A DNA stretch of 64,000 bases from the NCBI GenBank assembly GCA_964057225.1, contig OZ059900.1, forward strand, positions 26,350,001 to 26,414,000, given 5' to 3'. A model generated the notes under the pieces. The model did no database searches. It was given only the letters and a program-made list of their open reading frames with translations, and was not told the origin of the DNA. This stretch comes from Auanema rhodensis (Eukaryota; Animalia; Nematoda). The position numbers and the translations under genes were made by a program. This document shows, piece after piece, positions 51,867 through 64,000 of the stretch (its first letter is position 1; each line of letters begins with the position of its first letter).

Positions 51867-54800
51867 AACTGGCACAAAACTGTAATGTCTCATGGAAATT
51901 GGAAAAATATTGAAACGTACCGTTATTTCTCTAGCACACCTAGAGAAACCATTAATTAGCGAGTTTTTCTTTTTTTCTCCAAACTGTTTTTTTTAAGCTC
52001 GAGCAAATAATTACGCTCTTTGGGAATTTTTAAAACTATCAATAGAAATTGCATTAAATTTGTCGAGTTAGAACACATATATTGAAAACTAACTTGAATT
52101 CTGCGTGGTTTGTCTAAGATGAATACATCTTTCCTCGATTCAATTCTTCTGCTTACAGCTCTTTTTTCTTGTCCGTGTTTCTCACCGCTCAATAAAGAAA
52201 ACATTTCAACTTTTTCTTTTTTTAAATCTGAAAGATAGGAATATTAGATTCACGTTTTACATTGAATAAATCCACTCACCATATGAGTCATCGATGAAAT
52301 CTCTTTCTTCTTCCGTGAGCCCTTTAGCTGCGGTTCCGTTCGCGCTCCACATATCTAGTCCTAAAAAATAATTTTGAGAACTCTGGAAAAATCGAAAATA
52401 TACCTATTGAAGGACTAAGTCTGCGTTTGCCTAAATTTTCAGCAACATATGCAAAATTCATATCACTGACACATGAAAAAAATGAGGTAGTTAAATTAAA
52501 TTGCCAAATCAATAAAAATCAAGTAAGAATAGAATATCCACACATTAAACAAATAATATAGAGAAAAAAATTTCGTAGATCCTACTTTTTTGAGATCAGA
52601 CACATACTTGTTCTGAAATAGCTGAAATACAACTACTTGTTCTGACGAAATTCTCCTTCATAACAGGTTTTATTTTCTGTGTACATTCCCAGATGGAAGA
52701 ACTTCAAATATTATTTAAACCTCAGAGTGAATAATATAATTGAATAAAATATTTAAATTAGTTTATCTGAAAATAAACGCATAGGAAATGAATTGTAAAT
52801 TGATATTTAAAAAAACCTATATCTTGATTTCCGCAAAAAAAATTATGAAACAAACTCTCACACCAATTTAAGTTTCTTGTGAATGGAAGAAGTTCTTTCA
52901 CTAATTTAGAATATTTGAACAAATAGACAACTGCTTTTTACATATAGAATTAGTTCAAAATATGTTTAAAATATTTTTTTTATTTTTTTATTTTATATTT
53001 CATTGAACTTCTAAAATTGATTGGGTTCTGGTATTTTTTTTAATAAATTTGTTAGTTGTAACAAAACAAAACAGGCCAAAGGTTGAGCATTTTAACAGAT
53101 ATCAAAGAACAACAATTCAATTGTTAAAATATGATTTTTTTATAAAATATAAACCGTTTCATAAGACTGAACTAAACTTGTTTTAATGATTGAACACAAT
53201 TTCAATATGCTCTGATATGTAGAAAAATACTCAAATCGATCGTAAAACTTTTTTTTTTTAATCATAAAATGAGGATTGATGGCATGAAAAATGTAAAAAC
53301 GAGTAAATTATAAAAATGAGAATATATGAAAAAGGTTACATATATTCAAGCAAGATCTTTTAATGATTGAATCAAGTAGAGATGTGGCTCAGAAATATCA
53401 TCGCAAACTAATCTATACATGTGTTTCGGCCAATTTTTTTCTTTTCCCACAAGTCTTGTTTTTGTGAGCAAAAAATTATATTTTTTTGCAATCATTTTAT
53501 CTGGCACGTCATCGCTCTGAAAATAACAATACTCAGATTGTGGAATACAAAAATATGAACTTACTGTCATCAACGAATACTTTATGCTACTATATACATC
53601 GGAAATATCTTCAATAATGGCTGGGCGCCAGGAGCGTGTAATTTTATGATATACCAATATTTTGCAACCGATTGTGCAATAATCAGGAATGCATTGCCGT
53701 TCGTTAATCAGTTGAATATTTTCTAGAAAAGTACAATTTATTGAGATTTGAATATGTTTAAAATTCTCACTAGCAATTTTTGAAATAGCCCTATTTTTGA
53801 GATGTGCAATCTCACATTTGCACTCAATAATCACATCTCCCGAACTTCTTCTTTTTTTCTTTATTTCAGTAAAGAAACAGTCATTTTGAGCCCTATGAGG
53901 TTCATTAGAAACAGCTACAACTGCAAAATAAAAATCTTTACAGACATTTTTACAATGATCAAACCTTCTTCAACTTTCTTACATAAAATATCAGAAACGT
54001 CTAATGGTTCTTCTGAAAATTTGATAAAAAAATTTGTTATTCTTTACACGTTTGTACCTTTTAAGATGAACTTATCGACACTTGGTAACTTTCTTTCGCT
54101 CAAAGGTGTTGAACATCGCAATCCTTGAAACTCGATAATATCAACAATTTGTAAATCTGAAAACAATTTGATAACATGAAGAAATTATTTTTTAAAAACC
54201 TGACCATTTGGAAGAATATCCAAATTTTCATTCTGAAACTCAAATGAATCAAGTTCTGTATTTATTTGTTCCGCGCAAAGTAGAGTATGTTTATACGTAG
54301 TAGCAGTTTTCTTTTCAATGTTGGTACTGATCATTGACATGATTACGGATATTTAAATCTGGAAAATATCCAAATAACAAAGTAATTAATGTTAGACTAA
54401 AAAAAATACAAGAAAAAAAGATGTATGTCTATTTATATATACTCTGACTATCAAATTCTTATAGCCCAGGGTGGCAAAGCGGTAAAAGATTGGATAGTTT
54501 ATTGCATTTATGATGCTAGTAAGTTAACATTTTGCTATCGGCTGACAATGATGTCAGTATTTTTTGAATACTATGCCAGAAGCAAAAGGTTTTCAAAAAT
54601 AAGTTGATCGAAGAAATTGATTTTCACCTTTATTTAGAAAAACCTGATGAAAAACAGCTAATCATTTTTCTTTGTTGAAAAAATGTAAAAAGGACATCTT
54701 TGAAAAAAGATTGGGTTTGTATACATGAACTAGTTAAAACAAATCTCACATATAAACATGTGTATATATAGTCAAAGTAAATTAGAAAACAAATCATTTA

Positions 54801-55784
54801 CCTTTTTTATAGGTAGAATTTTCTTTTTATCTTTTTCGGGAAAACTGAATATAGTATATGATGAAACAAGAATCATGGAAATTATGGAAAAATTTCTCCA
54901 ATATTTATAAATTCTGCTTTCTTTAGTTTTCAAATAATTTTCTTGAAATAATCACAAAGTTCTGCTGCACAACAGTTTTTTTAATCTACATTTTCAGATG
55001 GAAGAATTTCTTCCGCGATGAAACATGAAATATGGCCGTGATAATCAACGTCAGATCTCAGGTGTCTTCTCTCCAATTTGATATATTCAATTATTTATAA
55101 AGTATTTATTTTCAATCAATTGTCTTAACTGCCAAAAAAAAATTATGTGATATATTCAATGGTTTATACATAACCGTGGAAAAATTTTTTCCATTGTATT
55201 TATCTTCAAGTAATTGTTTTAACTTCCAAAAAAAAGTTTGAGATTGAATTAATTGTTCATACATAACGGTGGAAGAATTTCCTCCATAGTATTCATTTTT
55301 AATTAATTGTTATTGCTCTAGAAAAAATTAGGTAATTTATTTAATTGTTCATATATATCATTGTTTGTTTACCTATATCGTGATGAGAACAAAAAATAAT
55401 TATGGAAGAAACTTTCACGTTTTTTTTGTAAATGGAAGAAATTCGTCTACTTTTGATACAACCAAACAATTTTTCATCTAAATTAGTTCAAAATATATTT
55501 TTTTTTATAAATTCAATTATTTTCATGCTAGGTGTGTACAGCTCGAAAGCGAATATGAAAAAAATTTATTCTACAAATTTGCGAGAAAAATTTGAACCTG
55601 AATGATAATATTGAGATCATTTTTATGAAAAGAATGAAATGTTAATAACTGATCATTGTAAGAAAAAAAATAAAATAATTCTAATCTCAGTTTAATTCCA
55701 CAAAAGGGACATCTATTATATAATTAGGATTAATTTTCAACACTGTTTCAAATGCTTTTCCTCTCCTCCATTTCGGTTGAGATT

Positions 55785-58247
55785 TCAATTCGGTTTGCCA
55801 ATCCAATGTATTCGTCTCATGAACGCTGTCAACTGAAACCAAATGTAATTTTTAACCTTTTCGGGAACTCACTGTTATATGATCATTCACAAACCATTGC
55901 GAAGGTTCTATGTTCAAAATAAGAAAGATATGATGGGCTTTTATGACACAAATTAAAAATTTAACGTTCAATCTGAAAAAATGGGTTTAGTAATACTATT
56001 TTTGTGTTCAACACTTACCTGCAGGTACCATCATTACACATCATTAAGAGCTGTTTTCCTGTCATGTACCCACGTTGTCCGAACTGTTCAACTTCATCAA
56101 TTATAATTCCATTTTGCTTGTTATATTCTATAAATTATTTTTTTTATCGGAACAAAGTTGAAACTCACTTTCAAAATAACTAGTACAATCAGCAGATGTT
56201 GTATACACAGATCCGGCAACTTTTTCTGAAATAGTTCTTTCAAATTTGAAAATTAATTTAAAAAATACCGAGATACTTCTTAGCAAAATAAGATTTGCCT
56301 GCTCCAGAATCTCCGTAGAGTATATATACTCGTACATCCTTTCTATCACATTCAGCATCGTCAACAAGGGATATTAAGTGTTTTAATTGTGATTGATGCC
56401 GCATAGCTACATCATAACGCAATTCCATGCAGTTCTAAAAAAAATAATATTGCTCGAAAAACTTATTACTTACCGTCAACTTCCAGCTGTTTTTTTGTAT
56501 TTCGTTTTCCATTATATAGAGATAATGAAGAGATATGTCGTTTATTACAGTTCCTAAAATGTTTCATATTTTTGTTAATCAGTAATATTTTTGAAATTAA
56601 AAAACCTTGATAGCTGATGATATCTTCCGCCATTAATTTTCTCATTCTTTGAAGTTCTCTTTGACACTGAATGGGTGTCAGTTTGAGCATTGTTTTTTCT
56701 TCATTTTTGTTCACATTCACGAGATGATTGAAAAATGAAAAAAAAATGACGGCAACTTTTTCTGAAATAGTTCTTTCAAATTTGAAAATTAATTAAAAAA
56801 AATCATACCGAGATACTTCTTAGCAAAATAAGATTTGCCTGCTCCAGAATCTCCGTAGAGTATATATACTCGTACATCCTTTCTATCACATTCAGCATCG
56901 TCAACAAGGGATATTAAGTGTTTTAATTGTGATTGATGCCGCATAGCTACATCATAACGCAATTCCATGCAGTTCTAAAAAAAATAATATTGCTCGAAAA
57001 ACTTATTACTTACCGTCAACTTCCAGCTGTTTTTTTGTATTTCGTTTTCCATTATATAGAGATAATGAAGAGATATGTCGTTTATTACAGTTCCTAAAAT
57101 GTTTCATATTTTTGTTAATCAGTAATATTTTTGAAATTAAAAAACCTTGATAGCTGATGATATCTTCCGCCATTAATTTTCTCATTCTTTGAAGTTCTCT
57201 TTGACACTGAATGGGTGTCAGTTTGAGCATTGTTTTTTCTTCATTTTTGTTCACATTCACGAGATGATTGAAAAATGAGGATATCACTTTTCTTTTTGTG
57301 ATAGATTCAAAATGCAAAATTATCTGGAAATAGAAAAATGGATAAGCATTCAGGAAAAGATTGTGATAACTTACATGTACTGTATTATCGCAATTTTTGG
57401 GAGAACCGCATTCAATTGCCCGTATTTTGAACGAATTGACGTTCACAACATGGTCACATTGTTGTTCTGAAAAACAGAATTTTAACCATTTTCCAAACCT
57501 GTTCATTTGTAGTGTTGTTGTGAACTGAATTAAACAGAAAACACTTATCATCACATCGAAATTTGACGGTTCCTTCGTGGCGTTTATCTACAGAAAAAGT
57601 TTTAAATATCAAGCCTAAATGTTTCACCTCTTTAATAATTGTTTTGATTGGTGCGTTTAACCAGTCGACATTGTTCGAATTGTCAAAATCCATAAATTGT
57701 TCGTTTTCGATTAGTTTCCCCGAATAATCTTCTTTTTCTACAACTTCTACAATATTATAGTTGTTGATTCCTGAGTGGGTTGGTGCCGATTCGCCATTTG
57801 CTGAAATTCTATCAGAGAAAAAGCTGGTAATTGCATTTCTGCAAACAATTTTCATTTCATCAATCCTATAACTACTGTCTTGATTTTGCAACATAAGTTT
57901 TTCTGAAATATTTTTATTTTTCTGTTCGTGATATAATGCGATTTCATTCATCTGAAAACAAAATTTTTACATTTTAAATTTTTTGAACACAATGCTTACT
58001 TTTTGGTTTGATGGGTTTTCCTCTAATTTCTCTGCAACATTTTCCTCAATTGAAGTTTCGAAAAATTGTTCAGTACCAACTATTGTATCATTGAATTCAG
58101 TCTGAAATTGTAGAAACCTATGCGTAAAAATGTTTTAAAACTCACAGAATGTGATACATATTCAGCATCTTTGTCCGCTGCCCGATCTAGAAAATCATAT
58201 TGAGCAGCTTGAGAAACTCCATTTATGAAGCGTCCTGTATTTTCCAT
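55785..58247 (-). pseudogene. CRESS-Rep-like SF3 helicase gene, paralog 1, most complete copy, with a 540-bp internal tandem duplication
   Basis: YGDSGAGKS, YNKQNGIIIDE, QLLMMCNDG.CR/LNVK, IFLILN...QWF and Arg finger AFMRRI, spread over about 11 exons. Confidence 0.82.
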
Positions 58248-60423
58248 GTTGTGGAAAAAATGAGAACAATGTGGTTTGTTTTAATTTTTTTTTCTTTGGC
58301 TTTGGAATTTTCTCTTTTATACCATTTATTGAACTGTCTGTTAAGATAATGATTTATGGAAAATTGTAAATAGATTGTAAAATTGTCAAGTTTATTAATT
58401 CATAATGCATGTACGCAAACGCTTCAGAAGAATCAATTGCACCCCAAGTGTATCATGCATTTGTTTCTGACACATGTCTCATTTTAGTATGAGAGTATTT
58501 GATGTATGCCGCCACAACTCTGCTTATAGCAATCTTTTTTGTTTTCGAGAATATTTTCTGTTTGTAAATTTTGTTGATTAAAGATGAAAACAACTGGATA
58601 TTTATATTTGCCGATAAGTGACATGATATTCATTTATTATTATTGCGTTTAGCATAATCAAAAAAAGATTGAAAAATTTTGAGTTGTTCAAACTCTCTTA
58701 CTGTTCATATAAGAATTTTGTTATTTGAAAAACTTTGTTTTATCATTTTATCACGTGTTGTTAAGATGACAATGTATTCTGTTTTGTTCAACTCTTATTT
58801 GGTATCCGTAACTTAAAATCTGTGAGTTAATTTGTATTGTTCAGTTTCAGCTTTTGACAGATTTTGTTACCGCTGCCAGATGATGTCTGCTGTTTGTCCT
58901 ACTTTGAGAGTATTTGAAAACATGGAAGATCGATATGTGGGTTCTGTTCAAATTATATTCAGAAATTTTTTTTCAAAATTAGGCATTAACACAGAAAAAT
59001 AGCTTCGACAGAATAAGCAAGTTATTGCAATGGAATGATGGAGACAATTTGTCTATTGTTCCTTGTAGCTCTATACTTTTAAAATACGGCAGTATACATA
59101 AAGAAGTTCTTCAAAACTTTAAAGAACTACCTGATATTTTGATGAAAATGTACATAGTGAAGGTGAGAAAAAAATTTAATTCAGAACTTAATTCTACTAT
59201 TCATTCTGGAATCATTTGCAGAAAGACATTGTTTGTAACCCATTTCTCTCCAATGAAGAAAAAATCAATCTTCTCACATTTTATGAAACGTTGAAAAAAC
59301 TTCCAATTGATATAAGAGAAATTTTATTGTTGTGGGTGAGTGTATCTCAAACGATTGAAAAATAATTGAAATTTTTACAGATTGTTTTGGAAACTATATG
59401 CGATTGTCCTTGTTTTAAAAAAAACAACAACATAATATTTGCTTTCTTAGAAGACGAGCTGTTCCTTTCAGAAACCATAGATAAAACGGTATAAACTAAC
59501 TTAAGTCATAAAGACAGGTTTATATTTATTCCAGAATAAGCTAAATGACCTCATTCTGCTTTTTTTGCAGCAATTGGTCGTAAGAATGTCTGAACAGAAG
59601 GTAAACATTTTTTCAAAAAATCTTATTGATGAAAACAAGACATCTTGTGTATGTGGATTACAATGGACGAAATTTGAAGACAGTTTCGCTAAATGGAAAC
59701 CAGCAAGTCAACAAGAATTCAATAATTTGAGGTCGAACTAACTTTTTTCTTTGATAATTTTTTGCTTTTCAGAAATGGAAGATTAGTTTATGCTTGTGTC
59801 AAAACAAGATATAAATTTATGAGATGGAAAAAAGTTTTTATTCATAGTAAAAATCGAAATAAGTCGTTCTATAAAGTGACAACCGAAAGGCATGGAATTC
59901 CAAGCAGAGACTGTATTCCTCTATGCGAATCTTGTTTGATTTATAGAATTCATTCAGAGACCAACCTGCGGTTTGAATTTTTTGTGAAAAAGGAAGAATA
60001 TCCAAATTTTCATTCTGAAACTCAAATGAATCAAGTTCTGTATTTATTTGTTCCGCGCAAAGTAGAGTATGTTTATACGTAGTAGCAGTTTTCTTTTCAA
60101 TGTTGGTACTAATCATTGACATGATTACGGATATTTAAATCTGGAAAATATCCAAATAACAAAGTAATTAATGTTAGACTAGAAAAAATACAAGAAAAAA
60201 AGATGTATGTCTATTTATATATACTCTGACTATCAAATTCTTATGGCCCAGGGTGGCAAAGCGGTAAAAGATTGGATAAGGCATGGAATTCCAAGCAGAG
60301 ACTGTATTCCTCTATGCGAATCTTGTTTGATTTATAGAATTCATTCAGAGACCAACCTGCGGTTTGAATTTTTTGTGAAAAAGGAAGAATATCCAAATTT
60401 TCATTCTGAAACTCAAATGCATT

Positions 60424-61204
60424 TTTTTCACAAAAAATTCAAACCGCAGGTTGGTCTCTGAATGAATGTATGCAATTAAACTATCAGATTGCTACAAAAC
60501 ATATAAAAGAGTTCACAAAAATGATGAACGAAGCAATAAACCCGTCGAGTGATCGAGAAAAGGTTAGAGTCTATGTATTAATTGGACCTTCGAGGACTGG
60601 AAAGAGCTACTTCGCGAAGAAATTTCTAGGAACTGAAAACACATACTTCTGCTCTGCTGATTGCACTAACTACTTCCAAGGTTTGCCAGATGTTATTTCA
60701 TATTGAGCACAAAATTCAGATTATAAAAGTCAAAGGAATATAATAATCGATGAATGTGACCAGTTTGGAAAAAAAGGATACATGTCTGGCAAACAACTAT
60801 TATTGCTCTGCAATGACGGACCTTGTCGACTCAATGTGAAATTTAGCAGTGTTCAGATCATAGCTACAAAAATATTCTTGATTTCTAACAGACCTATCGA
60901 CGAATGGTTTCCGAATAATACCATAACAGTTAAGCTAAATTACGAAACAGTTGTATTTTATTAATTGTTTTACTAACAGGAGGAAGCTTTTACAAATCCT
61001 ATACACTGGATGGGAAAAGCCACACGACAAAGAGAACAACCACATTGGAGCCATGGAGCAGCGATGGCCGAGGTATTGCGCTATAATGAGCAGGATATTG
61101 AAGAAGAGCCTCACGTTTTTTTTAATGTAACATACTCATGGAAAAAATATGTTCTTAGTTTAATGTTTCTGTTTGTCAATAAAAAAAATCTTGTCTGTTT
61201 CTAA
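60424..61204 (+). pseudogene. CRESS-Rep-like SF3 helicase gene, paralog 3 (3' half only)
   Basis: RVYVLIGPSRTGKS...YFQ/DYKSQRNIIIDE...LLLLCNDGPCRLNVK...IFLISNRPIDEWF with two short introns. The 5' part is replaced by a rearranged mosaic. Confidence 0.85.
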
Positions 61205-61699
61205 ATTTATGACATAGAAAAAATTTAAAATCTTGTCTGCTCCTAAATTTATGAGATGGAAAAAAGTTTTTATTCATAGTAAAAATCGAAATAAGTCGTT
61301 CTATAAAACCGAAAGTGACAACCGAAAGGCATGGAATTCCAAGCAGAGACTGTATTTCTCTAGTTGTGTAGTCTAGTTTTATTTTTCAGTTTAAATAGTT
61401 CACCGGTAAAATGTGTACCTTCCTAAGACTTGTTTGATGTACATTTCACCTGTGAAATGTGACTACGAATGAGAATCAGGTGGTTGTTTTTTTTTAAATC
61501 AAAATAAGGTAGTTGTTTTTTTAAAATCAAAATAAGGTAGTTGTTCTTTAAAGTTTAACTAATGAAATAAAGTGTTAAATAACAACATAAGTCTATTCAC
61601 ACTCATGAATAATAAACCTCAGTTTTAACAGTTGACCGGTAAAATGTGTACCTTTTTGATACTTGTTCGATGCACGTTTCACCGGTAAAATGTGCACAT

Positions 61700-64000
61700 T
61701 CCGCGCCTAAATCAAATATTTTCATCAATGTTAGGTGAACAGCATTTATATCCAGATACGCCAGATTTGTATTATAAGCTGTGCGCATAGAACATAACAG
61801 AATCAAAAGCCCCTACAATTTTCACGTTCAATGATATACATTTTCCAAATTCTGATGTTTAGAAATTAATTCTACGTGCCTAAATCAAAATACTTCCATC
61901 AAGGTAGCGAAAGATGTTTTTATATCCAGATACACCAGATTTGATTGTAAGTTGTGTGCATAGAACATACCAGAATCGCAAGCCCCTACAATGTTCACGT
62001 TCAATGATATACATTTTCCAAATTCTGATGTTTAGGAATTAATTCTACGTGCCTAAATCAAAATACTTCTATCAAAGTTTTGAAAAGTGTTTTTATATTT
62101 AGATAGACCACAATTGATTGCAAGCCGTATTTACAAAAAAAGACTAGAATCGCAAGCCCCTACAATTTTTATGTTCAAAAATGTACATTTTTAAATATCT
62201 GATGTTCACAGAATATTTCTACGCGCCTAAATCGAAATATTTTCATCAATGTTGAGTGAACAGTATTTATATCCATATACACCACATTTGATTGTAAGTT
62301 GTGTGCATAGAACATACCAGAATCGCAAGCCCCTACAATTTTCACGTTCAATGATGTACATTTTCCAAATTCTGATGTTAAGGAATTAATTGTACGTGCC
62401 TAAATCAAAATACTTCCATCAAAGTTCTGAAAGGTGTATTTATATTCAGATAGACCACAATTGATTGCTAGCCGTATTTACAAAAGAGACTAGAATCCCA
62501 AGTCCCTACAATTTTTATGTTCAATAAAATACATTTTTAAATATCTGATGTTCACAGAATATTTCTACGCGCCTAAATCAAAATTTTTTCATCAATGTTG
62601 AGTGAACAGTATTTATATCCATATACACCACATTTGATTGTAAGTTGTGTGCATAGAACATACCAGAATCGCAAGCCCCTACAATTTTCACGTTCAATGA
62701 TATACATTTACCAAATTCTGATGTTAAGGAATTAATTGTACGTGCCTAAATCAAAATACTTCCATCAAAGTTCTGAAAGGTGTATTTATATTCAGATACA
62801 CCAGATTTGATTGTAAGTTGTGTACATAGAACATACCAGAATCGCAAGCCCCTACAATGTTCACGTTCAATGATATACATTTTCCAAATTCTGATGTTTA
62901 GAAATTAATTCTACGTGCCTAAATCAAAATACTTCCATCAAGGTAGTGAAAGATGATTTTATATCCAGATACACCAGATTTGATTGTAAGTTGTGTGCAT
63001 AGAACATACCAGAATCGCAAGCCCCTACAATTTTCACGTTCAATGATGTACATTTTCCAAATTCTGATGTTTAGGAATTAATTGTACGTGCCTAAATCAA
63101 AATATTTCCATCAAAGTTCTGAAAGGTGTATTTATATTCAGATACACCAGATTTGATTGTAAGTTGTGTGCATAGAACATACCAGAATCGCAAGCTTCTA
63201 CAATGTTCACGTTCAATGATATACATTTTCCAAATTCTGATGTTTAGAAATTAATTCTACGTGCCTAAATCAAAATATTTTCATCAATGTTGAGTGAACA
63301 GTATTTATATCCATATACACCAGATTTGATTGTAAGTTGTGTGCATAGAACATACCAGAATCGCAAGCCCCTACAATTTTCACGTTCAATGATATACATT
63401 TACCAAATTCTGATGTTTAGGAATTAATTCTACGTGCCTAAATCAAAATACTTCCATCAAGGTTGTGGAAGATGTTTTTATATCCAGATACACCAGATTT
63501 GATTGTAAGTTGTGTGCATAGAACATACCAGAATCGCAAGCCCCTACAATTTTCACGTTCAATGATGTACATTTTCCAAATTCTGATGTTTAGGAATTAA
63601 TTGTACGTGCCTAAATCAAAATATTTCCATCAAAGTTCTGAAAGGTGTATTTATATTCAGATACACCAGATTTGATTGTAAGTTGTGGGCATAGAACATA
63701 CCAGAATCGCAAGCTTCTACAATGTTCACGTTCAATGATATTCATTTTCCAAATTCTGATGTTTAGAAATTAATTCTACGTGCCTAAATCAAAATATTTT
63801 CATCAATGTTGAGTGAACAGTATTTATATCCATATACACCAGATTTGATTGTAAGTTGTGTGCATAGAACATACCAGAATCGCAAGCCCCTACAATTTTC
63901 ACGTTCAATGATATACATTTACCAAATTCTGATGTTTAGGAATTAATTCTACGTGCCTAAATCAAAATATTTCCATCAAGGTAGTGAAAAATGTTTTTGT
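61700..64000 (-). repeat. 173-bp satellite, reverse orientation (~13 monomers, runs off the window)
   Basis: Reverse complement of the monomers in 27929-35193. Confidence 0.95.

Larger units (their letters stand above)
48247..59524. repeat. Right arm of large inverted duplication
   Basis: Reverse complement of 35203-45638, with arm-specific indels and tandem duplications. Confidence 0.95.

Noticed and set aside
35203-59524. Inverted duplication as a read fold-back artefact, or as the TIRs of one giant transposon
   Set aside because: The arms differ by substitutions and kb-scale indels, which argues against an artefact. No TSD, terminal motif or transposase is seen. Read-level confirmation is still needed.
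37409-61204. Helitron RepHel or Maverick ATPase origin of the P-loop genes
   Set aside because: Motif spacing (A, B, B', C and Arg finger within ~120 aa) is SF3-like, not PIF1/SF1 or A32/FtsK. No nonanucleotide stem-loop origin was identified by eye.

Overview
AT-rich eukaryotic DNA, very probably from a nematode (TTAGGC telomeric repeats, TTTCAG splice acceptors, ~45-nt introns). It looks like a subtelomeric or heterochromatic graveyard of mobile and viral DNA. (1) 1-6282: a telomere seed, then arrays of a 37-bp telomere-derived repeat that join two unique cassettes in the order ABABAABAAAB. (2) 6283-27928: a composite, decayed Maverick/Polinton. A second Maverick is nested in the pPolB gene of the first, both pPolB genes have about 13 introns, the capsid, protease and ATPase genes appear intronless, the integrase is deleted, and there is no TSD. 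(3) 27929-35193 and ~61700-64000: a 173-bp satellite in opposite orientations. (4) 35203-59524: a ~24-kb near-perfect inverted duplication centred on an internally deleted Gypsy/Cer-like LTR retrotransposon. Each arm carries a negative-strand RNA virus L (RdRp, IDD motif, qinvirus-like) fragment, fused through the same 37-bp repeat to a member of an intron-containing gene family derived from the CRESS-DNA-virus Rep SF3 helicase (three paralogs, five copies in the window). Family assignments rest on motif recognition by eye, and exon and junction coordinates were read manually, so they are approximate.
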